A stretch of 64,000 nt of DNA, from positions 2,400,001 through 2,464,000 of the forward strand of contig OZ251539.1 in NCBI GenBank assembly GCA_965243135.1, written 5' to 3'. Positions 42,404 through 53,665 of the stretch are shown in pieces. A program made the translations under genes and the position numbers. How positions within the stretch are numbered: the stretch's first letter is position 1; each line of letters begins with the position of its first letter. Below the pieces are notes generated by a model. It was not told the origin of the DNA. It saw nothing but the letters and a program-made list of their open reading frames with translations, and did not search any database. This DNA is from Alphaproteobacteria bacterium. Lineage in GTDB: Bacteria > Pseudomonadota > Alphaproteobacteria > MPNO01 > UBA830.

Positions 42404-43777
42404 ATGGCGCTTCATCTCTACAATACCCTCGGACGGGCCAGGCAAGAGTTCGTTCCCGCCGACCCCGGTCGCGTCACGATGTATGTCTGCGGCCCGACGG
42501 TCTATTCCTATGCCCATATCGGCAACGCGCGGCCGGCCGTCGTATTCGATGCGCTGGCGCGCCTGCTGCGCCACCGGTGGCCAAACGTCGTCTACGCCCG
42601 CAACATCACCGACATCGACGACAAGATAAACGCCGCGGCGATGGAACAGGGAGTCGCGATCGACGCGATCGCCAACCGGTTCGAAGAGATCTATCGCGAG
42701 GACATGGCGTCCATCGGCGTCGCCCCGCCCGACGTCGAGCCGCGCGCGACCGAACACGTCCCCGAAATGATCGCCATGGTGGAGAAACTCGTTGCGAACG
42801 ATTTCGCATACGAAGCGGAGGGCCACGTGTTGTTCCACGTGCCGCGGTTCGACGCTTACGGCCGGCTTTCCGGACGCAACCGCGAGGAGATGATCGCCGG
42901 TGCCCGCGTCGAGGTGGCTCCCTACAAGCGAGACCCGGCCGACTTCGTGCTGTGGAAGCCGTCAGCGTCCGAACAGCCCGGCTGGGACAGCCCGTGGGGC
43001 CGCGGACGCCCCGGATGGCATCTCGAATGCTCCTGCATGATCGAAAAGCATCTCGGCCCGACGATCGACATCCATGCCGGCGGGGCCGACCTCGTCTTCC
43101 CTCATCACGAAAACGAGATCGCGCAATCCGTCAGCGCGCACGGCGGCAAGACGTTCGCACGCTTCTGGCTGCACAACGGCTTCGTGAACGTCGACAAGGA
43201 AAAGATGGCGAAGTCGGTCGGCAACGTTCTGCTCGTGCGCGACCTGCTGAAACGCGCCCCCGGCGAGGCGATCCGGCTCGCGCTTCTCAGCGCCCATTAC
43301 CGCAAGCCTCTCAACTGGACGGAAGAGGCGCTCGTACAGGCCAAACGGATGCTCGACCGCCTGTACGGCGCGTTGCGAAAACTCTCCGACATCGACGCCG
43401 AAACGGAGGTCGACGCCGAATTCCTCGCCGCTCTCGAGGACGACCTCAATACGCCCGGCGCTCTGGCCGCGCTTTTCGAAATCGCCCGGCAAGCGAACGC
43501 GGCGACCGCGACGGCCGATCGAAGGCGCATCAAGGGAAAGCTGCTCGCTTCGGGCGCATTGCTGGGTCTTCTCGAGAGCGACCCCGAAGAGTGGTTCGTG
43601 GGCAGCAGCGACGATGTCGCCGATATCGAAGACCTGATGCGCGCGCGCGCGGATGCGCGCGCCGCGAAAAACTATGCGGAAGCGGACCGGATCCGGGACG
43701 AACTCGCTGCGCGGGGAATCGCTCTCGAAGATGGACCTGGAGGCACCATATGGCGCAGGGCAAGCGAAAATTCCTGA
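42404..43777 (+). CDS. cysS: Cysteine--tRNA ligase
   Basis: [33 protein letters not shown]. Confidence 0.97.
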   Translation: MALHLYNTLGRARQEFVPADPGRVTMYVCGPTVYSYAHIGNARPAVVFDALARLLRHRWPNVVYARNITDIDDKINAAAMEQGVAIDAIANRFEEIYREDMASIGVAPPDVEPRATEHVPEMIAMVEKLVANDFAYEAEGHVLFHVPRFDAYGRLSGRNREEMIAGARVEVAPYKRDPADFVLWKPSASEQPGWDSPWGRGRPGWHLECSCMIEKHLGPTIDIHAGGADLVFPHHENEIAQSVSAHGGKTFARFWLHNGFVNVDKEKMAKSVGNVLLVRDLLKRAPGEAIRLALLSAHYRKPLNWTEEALVQAKRMLDRLYGALRKLSDIDAETEVDAEFLAALEDDLNTPGALAALFEIARQANAATATADRRRIKGKLLASGALLGLLESDPEEWFVGSSDDVADIEDLMRARADARAAKNYAEADRIRDELAARGIALEDGPGGTIWRRASENS

Positions 43778-44358
43778 TCGTTCACGCGCACCCGCTGAGG
43801 GACAGCCTCGCGGCGGCGCTGCGGAATGCGGTCGTAGAGGGCATCGAGACGTCCGGGCACGCGGCGGACCTGGCGGATCTGTACGCGGACGGCCTCGCCG
43901 CCGCCCTGTCCGCCGACGAACGCGCCGCCTTCGTCAAACCGGGTTATGCGCCGCCTCCCGACGTCTCGGATTACTGCGAACGTCTGCGGGCGGCCGACGG
44001 AATCGTCTTCGTCTTCCCGCAGTGGTGGCTGGGTATGCCGGCCATCCTGAAAGGCTTCGTCGACCGGGTGTTCGTGCCCGGCGTCGCATTCGACGTGAAC
44101 CGCGGCGGCAAGGGCTACGTTCCCCTTCTCGACAATCTCCGATCATTTCACGTGGTGACGACAGTCGGATCCCCGTGGTGGGTTGTGGAACTCGTCATGC
44201 GAAACCCTGTACGCCGACAGATCAGGAGCGGAATCGTCCGATTTTGCGCTCGTCGCGCCTCGTTCCGGATGCATTGCATGTACGACCTGAACAACGCGAC
44301 GCGGGAACGGTGCGAAAAATTCGTCCGCAAGGTTCGCTCCGAATTCTCCGAATTGTAG
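43750..44358 (+). CDS. NAD(P)H-dependent oxidoreductase (flavodoxin-like fold)
   Basis: [23 protein letters not shown]. Confidence 0.88.
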   Translation: MAQGKRKFLIVHAHPLRDSLAAALRNAVVEGIETSGHAADLADLYADGLAAALSADERAAFVKPGYAPPPDVSDYCERLRAADGIVFVFPQWWLGMPAILKGFVDRVFVPGVAFDVNRGGKGYVPLLDNLRSFHVVTTVGSPWWVVELVMRNPVRRQIRSGIVRFCARRASFRMHCMYDLNNATRERCEKFVRKVRSEFSEL

Positions 44359-44624
44359 AGGCGGCGCCCGTTGGTCCGCGGCATGAACTTCCGAACGAAG
44401 CGACTGACGGAGCCATGCGCAAAATTCTCCGGACCTTGCGCGACCGCGCAGGGCTCGAAGAATGATGGAAGCTCGCTGCCGGCATCTCGGAACTGGCCGC
44501 AAACCCGCGCGGAGACCGGAGACGAGTCGGAGGGAATCTTTACGCCGCTGGCCTTCCTGAACGCGCGCATCGCGGCGGCGGACCGCCCGCCCGGCGGACC
44601 CCGCAGAAGAACGAGGAGATCGAC

Positions 44625-45800
44625 ATGAGAGAAGCCGCCATCGTATCCACCGCCCGGACGCCGATCGGCCGCGCCTTCCGCGGCGCCTTCAACGATACCC
44701 ACGGCGCCGCGCTCGCGGGTCACGCCGTCGAACACGCAGTCAAACGATCAGGGCTGGATCCGGCCGAGATCGAAGACGTCGTCCTGGGCTGCGGCCTCCC
44801 CGAAGGCGCCACCGGCAACAATGTCGCCAGGCTCGCCGCTATACGGTCGGGACTGCCCGAAAGCTCCAGCGCCTTTACGGTCAACCGCTATTGCGCTTCG
44901 GGCCTGCAGGCGATTTCGATCGCCGCGCAGCGCGTGATCGTCGACGGCGCATCGGCCGTCGTCGCCGGCGGGGTCGAGTCGATCAGCCTCGTCCAGAATC
45001 ACCTCAATACCGAGCGCTACGAGGAAGAGGCGCTGATGGAAAGAAAGCCCGCGCTCTGGATGAGCATGCTCGAAACGGCGGAAGTAGTCGCGAACCGTTA
45101 CGGAATCGATCGCGAGGCGCAGGACGAATACGCCTGCGGGAGCCAACGGAAGACCGCGGCCGCTCAACGGTCAGGCGCGTTCTCCGACGAGATCGTTCCT
45201 CTGCAATCCACGATGACGGTCAAGAATCGCGAGACGGGCGAGATCGACCGGCAGGAGGTCTGTCTCGAAAAGGACGAAGGGAATCGCCCGGATACGACGC
45301 TCGAAGCGCTCGCCGGACTTGATCCGGTTCTGGCCGGGACGGTTACGGCGGGAAACGCCAGCCAACTGTCGGACGGCGCGTCGGCCTGCGTCGTTATGGA
45401 TGCCGCCGCGGCGCAGCGGCAAGGAATCCAGCCGCTCGGAATCGTCCGCGGCTTCGCAACCCACGGCTGCGAACCGGACGAGATGGGAATCGGTCCCGTT
45501 TTCGCCGTTCCCCGGCTGCTCGCGCGCTCGGGGATCTCGATGGAGGACATCGGATTGTGGGAACTGAACGAAGCGTTCGCGGTTCAGGTGATCTACTGCC
45601 GCGACCGCCTCGGAATTCCCGCGGATCGATTGAACGTAAACGGAGGATCGATCTCGATAGGCCACCCCTACGGCATGACGGGCGCGCGCCTCGCCGGCCA
45701 CGCCCTGATCGAAGGTCGGCGGCGCGGCGTCAGGTACGTCATCGTTACAATGTGCGTCGGAGGCGGCATGGGCGCCGCGGGTTTGTTCGAAGTCGTCTGA
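44625..45800 (+). CDS. Acetyl-CoA C-acyltransferase (thiolase)
   Basis: [40 protein letters not shown]. Confidence 0.95.
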   Translation: MREAAIVSTARTPIGRAFRGAFNDTHGAALAGHAVEHAVKRSGLDPAEIEDVVLGCGLPEGATGNNVARLAAIRSGLPESSSAFTVNRYCASGLQAISIAAQRVIVDGASAVVAGGVESISLVQNHLNTERYEEEALMERKPALWMSMLETAEVVANRYGIDREAQDEYACGSQRKTAAAQRSGAFSDEIVPLQSTMTVKNRETGEIDRQEVCLEKDEGNRPDTTLEALAGLDPVLAGTVTAGNASQLSDGASACVVMDAAAAQRQGIQPLGIVRGFATHGCEPDEMGIGPVFAVPRLLARSGISMEDIGLWELNEAFAVQVIYCRDRLGIPADRLNVNGGSISIGHPYGMTGARLAGHALIEGRRRGVRYVIVTMCVGGGMGAAGLFEVV

Positions 45801-45951
45801 CGGAACCGCGGACCGGCCTTTCGGAAAAGCCGCGGAAAACGGCTTCGGCGTTCTCCCGTTCGGGGTTGCCGAGGCGCAAGCGGCTGCGCGCGCCGGACTG
45901 CAAGCGGGACCTGTCGCCGACCCTCGTACGGGCCGTCGGCGGCTTCGGATT

Positions 45952-47739
45952 CTAACCGTGCGGATTCGAAGACTGGAACAGCGCGTCCAGTAGATCGAGC
46001 TTTTCCGTAACTTCCGGGGAAATATACCCAGGATCCACGAAACGTACGAGCTCATGCAGTTCGCTCTTCCTCATCAACATTGGATGTCCAAGAGCGCCGG
46101 CCAAGAGGCGATAAAACTCCTCGGCGAAATCGCTGAGCTTGACGTTCTCCGTCCTCGCCTCCCAGATCAATCTGGCCGCATCGCCGCCGGCCTGTTTCCA
46201 TGTCGAAAAATCGCTGTCTCTGCCATCGAAGGCGCGTTCAAGAATCAGCGAATCCAGGATTTCCTGAATCTCCTTCGCATGACTATCGAAAAGCTGCAGG
46301 TCTTCGTAATGCCCGACAGCATGACGCCGGATCGCATCGGGTGCGATGAAGTAATTCTCTATCTCGTAGCGTTTCCAGTGGACGATCTTCAGCGCCCCGA
46401 ATTCCCGATCCTGCCGCGCCTTGCCGTCGCCGTCCAGGATCGCGAGACCATGAAGTTCCGGCAACATATGGTGCAGGCCGGAGAAGTGCCTGTCCGGGGT
46501 CACGCCAAAGCCGCCTTCGACCCGCTCCAGTTCCGCTTCCCGATCCGCCTCCGGGAAATTGTCCTGCACGTAGAACGCGTTGATTCGTTCGTCCCAATTT
46601 CTCGATGCCGGGTGGTCGATTCGCTCGGCCAGCGCCCTCAGAATATCCAGATCCGTCCTTCCTTCGACGTACAGGACATATCCGCGCTGCCGAGCCTTGA
46701 CGTAATGTCCCGTGCCGAAATGCTTGAGAGCGGTGAGGATTTCCTTCTTGGCGGCCAGATCGTCCGCCTTGCCCTCGAGAAGGAGAGTGAGATTGTCATC
46801 GAGCGCTTCGTCGAGAATAACCTCCGAATGCGTAACCAATACGACCTGAGACTGGTTGCGCGCCGCGATCTCGCGCAACAATACGTAAACCTGTTTCTGT
46901 CGAAGAATCTCGAGATGAGCGTCCGGTTCGTCGATCAGCAAAACGCTTCGCGAATGCGAGTAGAGATACGCGAAGATCAAAAGCATCTGCTGAAGGCCGC
47001 GTCCGGCAAGAGACAGGTCGAAGGGATCTTTCGTGTCCGGCTGACGATAATGCAGATCGATGCTTCCCCGGAGATTTTCGGCGGGGTCTCCAAGTTCGAC
47101 CGAAAACAACCGGTTCATCAATTCCTTTATTCGTTCCCAATCCTCGGGAGCGCTCCGGAATACGAGAAGGCACAGGTTGCGGAGCACCTGAGCCGTCTGG
47201 CCCTGCCCCAGGAGCGCGTCGATGCGGCCGGGTTGAAGAACGGGCTCGTCCGTTTCGAGTCCGGACATGGGATAAAGCAATTTCACGTTCAGCTTTGCGG
47301 CCGTTTCGATTGCGCCGAAATTTTTGAGCGTCGCGTCGTCCGGCGTGCAATAAACGAGATCGTCTCCCAGGTTGCGAAAACGCATCGTTACCGGATGAAC
47401 GTCGTTGTCGTGAAGAATGCCGACGGTAATCTGCATCGCTATGTCGCGATTGCCATGCCGCACGGCCATGTTGTGCCAGAAGTGCCTGGTTCGCTGAACC
47501 GGCGCCGACAGGATGTTCAGACGATTGAGCGAAGTCGCGGTTCGCTTCTTCGGAGTCGAGTGTCCCTTGGTCGCGAACCACGTCCTGACGGCCTGCGACC
47601 AAAATGCGATCGCCTGAATTGCCGTCGTTTTTCCGCAGTTATTGGGACCGAAAAGCACCGCCGGATGATCGAGCTCGATGCGCTGCAACTCCCCGAAATT
47701 CTTGAAATTCCGGATTTCGAGATAATGCAGGAGCCTCAT
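45952..47739 (-). CDS. ABC-type ATPase fused to a TOPRIM-like nuclease domain (OLD/PARIS-like)
   Basis: IRNFKNF, GPNNCGKT, LIDEPDAHL, VTHS; C-terminal YVEGRTD, ILDGD, YEIENY; visibly lower GC than neighbours. Confidence 0.8.
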   Translation of the reverse strand: MRLLHYLEIRNFKNFGELQRIELDHPAVLFGPNNCGKTTAIQAIAFWSQAVRTWFATKGHSTPKKRTATSLNRLNILSAPVQRTRHFWHNMAVRHGNRDIAMQITVGILHDNDVHPVTMRFRNLGDDLVYCTPDDATLKNFGAIETAAKLNVKLLYPMSGLETDEPVLQPGRIDALLGQGQTAQVLRNLCLLVFRSAPEDWERIKELMNRLFSVELGDPAENLRGSIDLHYRQPDTKDPFDLSLAGRGLQQMLLIFAYLYSHSRSVLLIDEPDAHLEILRQKQVYVLLREIAARNQSQVVLVTHSEVILDEALDDNLTLLLEGKADDLAAKKEILTALKHFGTGHYVKARQRGYVLYVEGRTDLDILRALAERIDHPASRNWDERINAFYVQDNFPEADREAELERVEGGFGVTPDRHFSGLHHMLPELHGLAILDGDGKARQDREFGALKIVHWKRYEIENYFIAPDAIRRHAVGHYEDLQLFDSHAKEIQEILDSLILERAFDGRDSDFSTWKQAGGDAARLIWEARTENVKLSDFAEEFYRLLAGALGHPMLMRKSELHELVRFVDPGYISPEVTEKLDLLDALFQSSNPHG

Positions 47740-47947
47740 CGAGCCGTCATTCCGCGCTCTTCATGCGGTCCCTGGCCCGGTATCGGGCGAGCGAAACCGG
47801 AACTTCCCGAAAAACGGGATCCCCCGACGATCGACCTGCGATCCAGCGCGCCGCCATGCCGACGGGACGCCGGCGGAACCGTCCCGGGCGACGCCGGAAG
47901 CGGATTGCCGAACCGCCGCGCCGTTCGCGCTGGACTGGCCGTGCGTC

Positions 47948-48406
47948 TTACTTGCGCTCGATTGCGCGGCATCGAACGAGGAAAGGCCCCTCGGCGCTCC
48001 AGACGGCCTCGTTTCCGTCGTCCAGGCCCTGAAATCTGAAAAATACGATACCGCGATCGGGCTTGGATCGCGACCGGCGCGAGTTGAACACCTCGACGCG
48101 CGGCTTTATTCGCGCGCCGGGCCGGACCGGCTTGAGCCACCGAAAGTTGTCGAATCCCGGCGAAGCGAGCCCTGCCGTTTCGCGCATCACGTCGTCGAGA
48201 AACGGCGTCAGACACTTGAGCGCCGTCTGCCAACCGCTCGCGATCAGGCCTCCGTACGGCTCCGTCGCTGGAGAATCTGGATCCGTGTGCATCGGCTGCG
48301 GGTCGTATTGCCTGGCGAAAGCGACGATGCCGTCGATATCGAGCGACCACGGCTCGTATTCCCATTTGTCGCCGACGTGGAAATCCTCGAAAAAATAGCG
48401 TGGCAT
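47948..48406 (-). CDS. MaoC family dehydratase
   Basis: FFEDFHVG, FARQYDPQPMH, GLIASGW, WLKPVRPG. Confidence 0.9.
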   Translation of the reverse strand: MPRYFFEDFHVGDKWEYEPWSLDIDGIVAFARQYDPQPMHTDPDSPATEPYGGLIASGWQTALKCLTPFLDDVMRETAGLASPGFDNFRWLKPVRPGARIKPRVEVFNSRRSRSKPDRGIVFFRFQGLDDGNEAVWSAEGPFLVRCRAIERK

Positions 48407-48923
48407 GGTGCTCCCGAAAGATCCCGAAAAACATCGGGCATCCGGAACCGCCGCCCCCGCTCCGCCGATTCGGGGAAAGTTTCGGTTCCGCGGCCCGACC
48501 AGCAACATACCGAGGCTCGCGTCTCGATGCGATGGAACTTACCCCCGAGCGCGTTGCGAAGAAAGCGCTCCCGGCCCATTCGCTTCACAGCGGCTCCCGG
48601 GAGCAGCTTGCGGAAAGCCGCGGCGGCAGGGAACCATGAGCTGCTAAGCCGGACGCATGGCTTCTCTCCGGAGGAAGCGGCGCGGTCGGCGTCTGCGGAA
48701 GAACCTCCGCAGAACGGCGCGGCGGTCCTGACGAAGTTTCGGGCCGACCGTTGGTTGCGGAAACCCGAGGGGTTTTCCGCGCCGGATCTGGACGGTCCTC
48801 GTCGCGACGACGCCTTTCGGCCGGAGTTCCGCCGGTTGGTCGGAAAGCCGGACGGCGCGTTCGTCCGGTCGCCGGATTTCTGCCAATATGGTCGAGACCG
48901 ACAATCGTTCGAGAGGTCTCCGG

Positions 48924-50450
48924 ATGACCGCCAAATCGCCCACTCGGAAGCAGGTAGCGCAGGCCGCGGACGCTTTGGGGCTGTCTCTGGATCCGTCCGA
49001 TCTGGAAGAATTCACCGAAATGATTCGCGGAACCGTGGAAACCTACTATCGGCCGCTCGATCGGCTGCCGGACAATCTGCCGCCGGTGAAATATCCGCGA
49101 ACGCCGGGTTACTTTCCGGGCGACGACGAAGACCCTCTGCGCGCCTGGTACGTCAAATCGACCATCCAGGGCCGTAAACGCGGCAAGCTGAGCGGCAAGA
49201 CGGTGGCGGTAAAGGACAACATCTGCGTCGCCGGCCTGCCGATGATGAACGGCGCTTCGGTGCTGGACGGCTACGTGCCCGAGATCGACGCCACCGTGGT
49301 GACCCGCACGCTTGACGCGGGCGGGACGATTCTCGGCAAGGCGCACTGCGAGTATTTCTGCTACTCCGGCGGCAGCCACACCAACGCCGCGAAGACCACG
49401 CCCAACCCGTTGAACCCGGAATATACGACGGGCGGGTCGTCGTCCGGTTGCGCCGCGCTGCTGGCGGCGGGAGAGGTCGATCTCGCCATCGGCAGCGATC
49501 AGGGCGGCTCGATCCGGGAACCCGCCTCCTTCTGCGGCCTTGTCGGCATGAAACCGACTTGGGGCCTGGTGCCCTATACCGGCGCCGCCTCGATCGAGAT
49601 GACCCTGGACCATCTCGGACCGATGAGCCGAACCGTCGCCGACAACGCGCTGTATCTTGAGGCGCTCGCGGGCGCGGACGGGCTTGACCCGCGCCAGTAC
49701 GCGCCTCGCGCCGAGCCTTACACGAAGGCTCTCGACCGGCCCGTCGACGGTTTGCGCATCGGCGTCATGCGGGAAGGGTTCGGGTTCGCCCATAGCGAGG
49801 CGGATGTCGACGAGGCCGTGCGCTCCGCGGCCGGCGCCTTCGCGCGGTTGGGAGCGACGGTCACGGAAATTTCGGTTCCGACCCATCGCGAGCTCGGAAT
49901 GCCGGTTTGGGTGCCGATCGCCGTCGAGGGCGCCTACGAACAGATTCTCAAGGGTTTGGGAAACGGCCATAACTGGAAAGGCGCCTACATTCCCAGCTTG
50001 CTGGAACGGCTGAACGGTTGGCGATCGAAGTCCCACATGTTCTCGGAGATATTCAAGCTGGGGATGCTTTGCGCGGAACATATGCGCACGGCGCATTACG
50101 GCCGCTATTACGCCAAGGCGCAGAATCTGAGTCGCTTGCTGCGCGCCTCCTACGATGCGGCGCTGGAGGAGGTGGACGTCCTGTTGGCACCGACCTCTCC
50201 GATCAAGGGATCCAGACTGCCGCCCGAAAATCCGACCCGCGAGGAGGACATGTCGCCTTACTTCGATCCGATCACGAATACGGCGCCCGTCGACTGCACC
50301 GGTCACCCGTCGATCAGCATCCCGTGCGCGATGCGCGACGGCCTCCCCGTCGGCATGATGTTGACCGGACGGCATTTCGACGAAATGACGCTCTATCGCG
50401 CCGCCCACGCCTTCGAACGGACCGTCGACTGGAAATCGCGCCAGTCATAG
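48924..50450 (+). CDS. Amidase signature family protein
   Basis: AVKDN, GGSSSG, GSDQGGSIREPASFCG. Confidence 0.94.
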   Translation: MTAKSPTRKQVAQAADALGLSLDPSDLEEFTEMIRGTVETYYRPLDRLPDNLPPVKYPRTPGYFPGDDEDPLRAWYVKSTIQGRKRGKLSGKTVAVKDNICVAGLPMMNGASVLDGYVPEIDATVVTRTLDAGGTILGKAHCEYFCYSGGSHTNAAKTTPNPLNPEYTTGGSSSGCAALLAAGEVDLAIGSDQGGSIREPASFCGLVGMKPTWGLVPYTGAASIEMTLDHLGPMSRTVADNALYLEALAGADGLDPRQYAPRAEPYTKALDRPVDGLRIGVMREGFGFAHSEADVDEAVRSAAGAFARLGATVTEISVPTHRELGMPVWVPIAVEGAYEQILKGLGNGHNWKGAYIPSLLERLNGWRSKSHMFSEIFKLGMLCAEHMRTAHYGRYYAKAQNLSRLLRASYDAALEEVDVLLAPTSPIKGSRLPPENPTREEDMSPYFDPITNTAPVDCTGHPSISIPCAMRDGLPVGMMLTGRHFDEMTLYRAAHAFERTVDWKSRQS

Positions 50451-51020
50451 CGAATGGGCTTCCTGCCGACGAGCGTAGCGAAACTTCGCCCGTCCTGAAT
50501 CCCCTGCTTGCTCCAAAGCGAGATGTCGCGGGCCGGCAACCCGCCGATCGACGGCGCCGGGAAGTTTATTGCCCGCGTCGCGAGGTCCGCCGGACGGCTG
50601 ACGCGCCAACCGGAAAGCGGCAGCGGCGCCGCCTCGGCCGAATTTTCCGGCGCGGCCGGCCCCCTCGACGAACGGACGCGCCCGTCGGCAGGCGCGAAAA
50701 CGGGTGGATGCCGGACGAATGACTGCGACGCCGAAAACTCTTTATCCTCGGTCGACTCCGGGAGCTTCGCGCCCCGGCCCGCGCTGCCGACGGACGGGAA
50801 GAGGCGGCGGCGGAGCGCGGAGACGGCCGAGGGCCGAGCGGCAAGCGCATTCGCTTCAGGCAGGCAACGTTCGCGGCGCAACCGACTGCCCGCGGCCGGC
50901 GATCGCCTCCCTGAGAGAAACCGGCGGCTGCGACGGGTCGCCCGCGCGGCGCGTATGTCGCAACGCCCGTTGCTGGTATGCTTTCGTCGGTGGTTCACCG
51001 TAAGCAAAGGGGAGGAAACG

Positions 51021-52541
51021 ATGTTTGGACGCAGTTGGATTATCGGCGCCGCGGCCGCGGCCGCCGCGGCCGTCTTGGCACCGCCGGTCTCGCAGGCCGA
51101 GGCCGCGAAGGATAGCGTTGTGATCGCTTGGCCGGTCGATCCTCAGACCTGGGATCCGAACCGGCGAACGAATCCCGCCTTGCAGTCGCTTTTCAAGATG
51201 GTCTACGACCAGTTGATCATGCAGGCTCCGGACATGAGCCTTCAGCCGTCGCTGGCGACGAAGTGGTCGCAGTCCGCCGACGGCAAGACGGTCACGCTGG
51301 ACATCCGGGACGACGCTTACTGGCACGACGGCGCCAAGGTGACCTCGGCCGACATCAGGTACACTTTCCTCGAGCGCGGCAAGGCCGGCCACAAGATCGA
51401 CCTCGCCCGGATCTGGCGGAACCTCGAGGACGTCGAAACGCCGACCGCCACCCGCGCGATCTTCAAGCTGAAATCCCCGATGCCGACCGCGATCCCGTGG
51501 TTCGCGTTCCTGGCCAACTTCGTGGTGCCGAAGCATCACGTATCCAAGGTCGGCGCCGACGGCTTCGCCAGCGAACCGCTGGGAAGCGGACCCTACAAGG
51601 TGGTGGATTATCAGCGGAACTCGCGCATCGTGCTGGAAGCCTTCGACAAGTACTGGGGCCCGAAACCGAAGATCCGCAAGGTGACGGTATTGATCGTCAA
51701 GGATTCGTCGGCCCGCGTGGCCGCGATCCAGTCGGGCCGGGTCGATTTCGCGCCGGACGTGCCGATCCGCGAGGTGGACCGGCTGAACCGTTCGGCGGGC
51801 ATGAGCGGCCGGATCTTCCCGATCTCGCGCGTGATCCTGCTGCAGATTCGCAGCGACCGCGCCTTCTCCGACCGGAACGTCCGGCTGGCCGCGCATCACG
51901 CGATCGACAAGAAAGCGATCTCCCAGGCGCTCTATGCCGGAAAGGCGGTGCCGTTGTCGATTGTCGCTCCGCCGGGAACGCCGGGGTACGTGAAGGATTA
52001 CGAATTCGCCTACGACCCCGACGAAGCGAAGGCGCTGCTCGCCAAGTCCGGCTTCGGTCCGGAGACGCCGGTGAAGATCGGCATGGCGAGTTTCAACGGA
52101 GTCTTCCCCGGCGACTACGATATCGCGCGCGCTATCGTGTCCATGTGGAAGAAGGTCGGCATTCAGGCCGCCCTTCAGGTTATCGAGCAGCCTAAATATT
52201 TCGAACTCAACCGCGGCAACAAGCTGCCGGAGGCGACACTCTACAGCTGGGACAACGCCGTCGGGGATCCGGAAATGTTCACCGGCTATCTCATGCATCC
52301 GAAGTTGCCGTTCTCCGCCTGGAAAGACATGGACGTCGGCGGGCGCGTGATGAAGCTGTTCGATGTCGTCGACTACGACAAGCGGATCGCCGGCTACAAG
52401 GAGGTGGCCGTCTACGCTTCCCAACAGGGCGCCGCCATACCGTTGCTGCAGTCCGTGACCACGTGGGTGCACAAGAACGACCTGCAGGTCGTGCAATACG
52501 ACAACGGCTGGGTGCTGCCTCATAAGTGGTCCTGGAAGTAG
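51021..52541 (+). CDS. ABC transporter substrate-binding protein (family 5, Dpp/Opp-like)
   Basis: GGAGG RBS, signal peptide, PSLATKW, WHDG, GSGPYKV. Confidence 0.9.
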   Translation: MFGRSWIIGAAAAAAAAVLAPPVSQAEAAKDSVVIAWPVDPQTWDPNRRTNPALQSLFKMVYDQLIMQAPDMSLQPSLATKWSQSADGKTVTLDIRDDAYWHDGAKVTSADIRYTFLERGKAGHKIDLARIWRNLEDVETPTATRAIFKLKSPMPTAIPWFAFLANFVVPKHHVSKVGADGFASEPLGSGPYKVVDYQRNSRIVLEAFDKYWGPKPKIRKVTVLIVKDSSARVAAIQSGRVDFAPDVPIREVDRLNRSAGMSGRIFPISRVILLQIRSDRAFSDRNVRLAAHHAIDKKAISQALYAGKAVPLSIVAPPGTPGYVKDYEFAYDPDEAKALLAKSGFGPETPVKIGMASFNGVFPGDYDIARAIVSMWKKVGIQAALQVIEQPKYFELNRGNKLPEATLYSWDNAVGDPEMFTGYLMHPKLPFSAWKDMDVGGRVMKLFDVVDYDKRIAGYKEVAVYASQQGAAIPLLQSVTTWVHKNDLQVVQYDNGWVLPHKWSWK

Positions 52542-52645
52542 GTTGCGATGCGCCGGCGACGCGCGGCCCGTGAGGGCGGCTCGTTGCCGGCCTTCGACCC
52601 CGCCGCCGACCGCGCGCGCCGGGTCGCCGGCGCGGCGGCGGGGTA

Positions 52646-53665
52646 ATGAGTAGCGAAATCCTCGGGATCGTTTTGCGCCGGATCGCGATCGCGGTCCCGC
52701 TGATGCTGCTCGTTTCCGCGCTCGTTTTCGTCGTGCTTCGGCTGATTCCGGCCGATCCGGTGTCGATGGCCGTCCCGCCCAACGCCACGACGGCCGATAT
52801 CGAGGCCATGCGCCGCGAAATGGGGCTTCACCTCCCGGTAACTCACCAATACGCCATCTGGCTCGACCGGATCCTGCAGGGCGATATGGGAGAGTCCATC
52901 GCTTTCGGACAACCGGTATCCAGACTGATCGGCCAGTCGCTTCCGGCGACGATCGAGCTGGCGGTCTTCGGCGCGCTGTTCGCCGCCTTGATCGGCCTGC
53001 CGGGCGGCGTGCTCCTGTTCCGGCTGCGCGGCCGCCCGGCGGAACCGGCGGTCGACGTCGGCAGCACTCTAATGATGTCGATTCCGGAATTCCTGTGGGC
53101 GCTGTTCCTGATCCTCGCCTTCGGGGTCGCGCTGAACCTGTTGCCTTTCGCCGGCCGGCTGCCGCCGGACATGACGATTCCCCGGACCACCGGTTTTCTT
53201 CTGCTCGACTGCCTTGCGGCCGGCGACCCCGCCGCCTTTCTGGAAGCCGTCAGGCACATGCTGCTGCCGGCCCTCTCCCTGGCGCTGGGCACCGTGCCGC
53301 TCATCATGCGCGTCCTGCGGTCGAGCCTGCTCGACGTGATCGGCGAGGATTACGTGACGATGGCGCGACTGCGCGGCGTGCCGGAACGCCGGGTGGTCAA
53401 CCGGCACGCCCTGCGCAACGCCTTGCTGCCTACCTTGTCGCTGATGGGCGTCCAGTTCGGTTTCTTGTTCGGCGGGACGCTGCTGGTCGAAGTGATCTAC
53501 TCCTATCCCGGTCTCGGAAACATGTTGGTGGAGGCGGTTCGCAACGCCGATCTGCCCATCATTCAGGGAGCCGCGCTGATATTCGCGCTCGCCGTGCTCG
53601 CCATAAACCTGATCGTCGACGTGATCTATATCGTCGTCAACCCCAAGCTGCGGAGCGCGCGGTGA
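52646..53665 (+). CDS. ABC permease (DppB-like)
   Basis: LPATIELA, DYVTMARLRG, HALRNA, VEVIYSYPGLG. Confidence 0.92.
   Translation: MSSEILGIVLRRIAIAVPLMLLVSALVFVVLRLIPADPVSMAVPPNATTADIEAMRREMGLHLPVTHQYAIWLDRILQGDMGESIAFGQPVSRLIGQSLPATIELAVFGALFAALIGLPGGVLLFRLRGRPAEPAVDVGSTLMMSIPEFLWALFLILAFGVALNLLPFAGRLPPDMTIPRTTGFLLLDCLAAGDPAAFLEAVRHMLLPALSLALGTVPLIMRVLRSSLLDVIGEDYVTMARLRGVPERRVVNRHALRNALLPTLSLMGVQFGFLFGGTLLVEVIYSYPGLGNMLVEAVRNADLPIIQGAALIFALAVLAINLIVDVIYIVVNPKLRSAR

Noticed and set aside
45952-48406. Gabija or retron system around the ATPase-TOPRIM gene
   Set aside because: No UvrD-like helicase, reverse transcriptase or msr/msd-like region is adjacent; the neighbours are thiolase and MaoC
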